DNA of 32,000 nucleotides from Candidatus Micrarchaeum sp. (GTDB lineage Archaea; Micrarchaeota; Micrarchaeia; Micrarchaeales; Micrarchaeaceae), in NCBI RefSeq assembly GCF_016806735.1, contig NZ_CP060530.1, positions 780,001-812,000 on the forward strand, read 5' to 3'. The notes beneath the pieces were generated by a model, which saw only the letters and a program-made list of their open reading frames with translations, was not told where the DNA came from and ran no database searches. Positions 30,348 through 32,000 of this stretch are shown here, piece by piece (position 1 is the stretch's first letter; each line of letters opens with the position of its first letter). The translations under genes and the position numbers were made by a program.

Positions 30348-30731
30348 TTATATTTGTTGCCCTGTGCTTTTGGATGCGCCCCTGCCCTGCTGCTTCAGCC
30401 CGGGCATGTAGCTGAGCAGCGACAGGGCGTACATCAATATTATTATTGCGATGCCGGCTGCAACCGCGCCTAGGCTTCTCCCGGTTATTATTAGCAGCGC
30501 CGCGAATATGACCCCTATTGCCAGGTACGATACGGTTTTCGAGTTGTACGAATCCCTGGCTTTCTTGTATTTCACGTAGCAATCCTTGCATACTACTAGC
30601 CTGTAGTTCTTCTCATTGTGCGTAACGTTGTGCTTGAACCAGCGCAGCGATTTTATAACATAGTCGTCTTTCACTTCGAGCCCGTTGAGCTCCTTTCCGC
30701 ATATTATGCATCTTGTCTCCTTTTTCATCAT
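30348..30731 (-). CDS. Zinc-ribbon membrane protein (CxxC...CxxC N-domain + 2 TM helices), hypothetical
   Basis: 127-aa ORF. CIICGKEL...VCKDCYVKY is followed by two hydrophobic helices (VSYLAIGVIFAALLIITG, AVAAGIAIIILMYALSLL). The start lies 2 nt after the upstream stop. Confidence 0.55.
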   Translation of the reverse strand: MMKKETRCIICGKELNGLEVKDDYVIKSLRWFKHNVTHNEKNYRLVVCKDCYVKYKKARDSYNSKTVSYLAIGVIFAALLIITGRSLGAVAAGIAIIILMYALSLLSYMPGLKQQGRGASKSTGQQI

Positions 30732-30733
30732 AA

Positions 30734-31039
30734 TCAGCTAAAATTTATCGTAGCCTCAAAAATCCTCCCGGATTCTGCAAGGAGCTTCTGCTCGTCCATG
30801 CTGTCTATGGTGCTGTTTATCGTTACGTCGTCCATGCCAAGCCTCCTGAGCACGTTTACGATTGCGTCCCTCTTCAGGTTTATTTTCTCCAGCATGCCTG
30901 CAAACGCTATTGCGTTTATGTGCCTGTGGGCCTTCTCCATGTCCGAGAAGAGCTTGGCCATGCTCGATTCGTCCACCTTGTATATGGTGAGTATGCGCCT
31001 CAGCTCCTGCCTGCTTATCGTAAATGTGTCCTTAGCCAT
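30734..31039 (-). CDS. Small soluble helical protein (hypothetical)
   Basis: 101-aa ORF. Its start overlaps the ATPase stop by 8 nt, which suggests translational coupling. No family recognised. Confidence 0.5.
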   Translation of the reverse strand: MAKDTFTISRQELRRILTIYKVDESSMAKLFSDMEKAHRHINAIAFAGMLEKINLKRDAIVNVLRRLGMDDVTINSTIDSMDEQKLLAESGRIFEATINFS

Positions 31040-32000
31040 TCACAGCACCCACGGATGACATTATTCTGGTTATCAATAGGTCCTCTATGCTCAGGTTCTT
31101 GAGGAACTGGACTACGTCCTCGGTAGTTATGCCGTTTGACATAAGCAGGCGTATGAAGTCTAGTATCTTTGAGGACCTGTTCTGGTCGTTGAGGACCTTG
31201 AATATCGAATTTATGGCTTCTGTGCTTACGTTGTATTCTATGAACTTGTTCTTGAGCTCCTCCTCCTCGAACTGGTAGTCCTTCTGTATTATGCCGGCGG
31301 AAAGCTCGCTCTGTGTCAGTATGTCGGTTATGTCTAGCGTGTACACGTATAACGGTTCCTCTCCGCGCACCCTGTCAAGCACAAATATCTCCGGGAAGCG
31401 CAGCGATGTCTGGAATGCCATGTTGACAGCAGCCTGGCCCACGCCGAACTTGCTTATCTCGGAGCGTATGAAGTCGGAGAAGTTTATGGATCCCTGTATG
31501 TAATCGAGGAACTTTTCGAACCTTATCCTTAGTATGAAAGTTGTGCCTACGTTGGAAAATATGGCTTCGTTTATGTCCGTTGGATTCTGCGATGCCACTA
31601 TTAGGCCGAACTGGTATTTTCTGCCCTCCCTGACTATCATGACCGCGTCGCTCTTCTCATCTCCCGCTATCTTCCATGCCTCGTCGAGAACGACAAGGGT
31701 CTTAAGCCCTTTTGCCTCGTTCCAGCCCTCGAAGCGCATGCGTTCCTTGAGCGTCTGAAGTATGAAAAGGGCGGCAAGAGCCCTGAACCTCTCGTCAGGA
31801 AGGCCAGACAGGTCTATGTCGACAAGCCCCGAGTTCGCGAGCTTTTCGAGGTTGACAGTGCTTTTCCTTGCGAAGTAGTCCTCTCCCTCTCGTGCGAACT
31901 GCCTTAGCCTGTATATCGCATTTTCGAGTTCGGCAGGATATTCGTAGGTGCCCTCCTGCAGCTGCTCTTCAAGTATCGATATCGCGTCCTTTAGCGTTGG
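31032..32000 (-). CDS. FtsK/HerA/VirB4-superfamily P-loop ATPase, C-terminal ~320 aa (N-terminus outside window)
   Basis: The track ORF starts at an internal Met (31739). I translated 31740-32000 in the same frame and found no stop (...LSGLPDERFRALAALFILQTLKERMRFEGW...). It has a Walker B LVVLDEAW, then REGRKYQFGLIVASQNPTDINEAIFSNVGTTFILRI (compare HerA ..EGRKfG.....SQrPs.l...vlsqcnt.i.lrl). Walker A is not in the window. Confidence 0.75.
   Translation of the reverse strand, partial: PTLKDAISILEEQLQEGTYEYPAELENAIYRLRQFAREGEDYFARKSTVNLEKLANSGLVDIDLSGLPDERFRALAALFILQTLKERMRFEGWNEAKGLKTLVVLDEAWKIAGDEKSDAVMIVREGRKYQFGLIVASQNPTDINEAIFSNVGTTFILRIRFEKFLDYIQGSINFSDFIRSEISKFGVGQAAVNMAFQTSLRFPEIFVLDRVRGEEPLYVYTLDITDILTQSELSAGIIQKDYQFEEEELKNKFIEYNVSTEAINSIFKVLNDQNRSSKILDFIRLLMSNGITTEDVVQFLKNLSIEDLLITRIMSSVGAVNG

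Overview
Archaeal chromosomal segment, called from archaeal-specific information-processing genes. I cannot place the lineage without a database search. The split rpoB, class III signal peptides and a T-loop tRNA intron would fit a DPANN/Micrarchaeota-like or euryarchaeal organism.

Core content:
- The minus strand carries an RNA polymerase operon, rpoH-rpoB''-rpoB'-rpoA'-rpoA'' (10078-17307). It runs directly into a GT4 glycosyltransferase, then an Sm protein gene and an intron-containing tRNA-Ala(GGC).
- Other housekeeping genes are rpoF + DUF655 convergent with rpl21e, topoisomerase VI subunit B, a Dim2-like KH protein, a MoxR ATPase and a Tes/GDGT-MAS-like radical SAM enzyme.

Accessory or unusual content:
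1. The right end (27068-32000) is a minus-strand operon headed by a FtsK/HerA/VirB4-class ATPase that runs off the window. It is followed by several small unrecognisable proteins and an 811-aa bitopic, sequon-rich membrane protein. This is my best candidate for an undescribed envelope translocation or assembly system.
2. A 786-aa protein has an archaeal type IV prepilin-like signal and a 106-aa Thr/Ser stalk. A co-transcribed sequon-rich membrane-anchored partner follows it, and no pilus machinery is nearby.
3. A tightly packed minus-strand cluster encodes a single-repeat (half-size) TBP, MsrB, a 4-TM protein, a hemerythrin-like protein, a Cys/Gly/Met/His-rich small protein and PadR.
4. The AT-rich left end holds a ~210-nt duplicated winged-helix gene cassette flanking a DUF218 gene.

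I saw no rRNA, CRISPR array, integrase or transposase. All calls rest on by-eye motif recognition and hand translation or folding; no searches were run.
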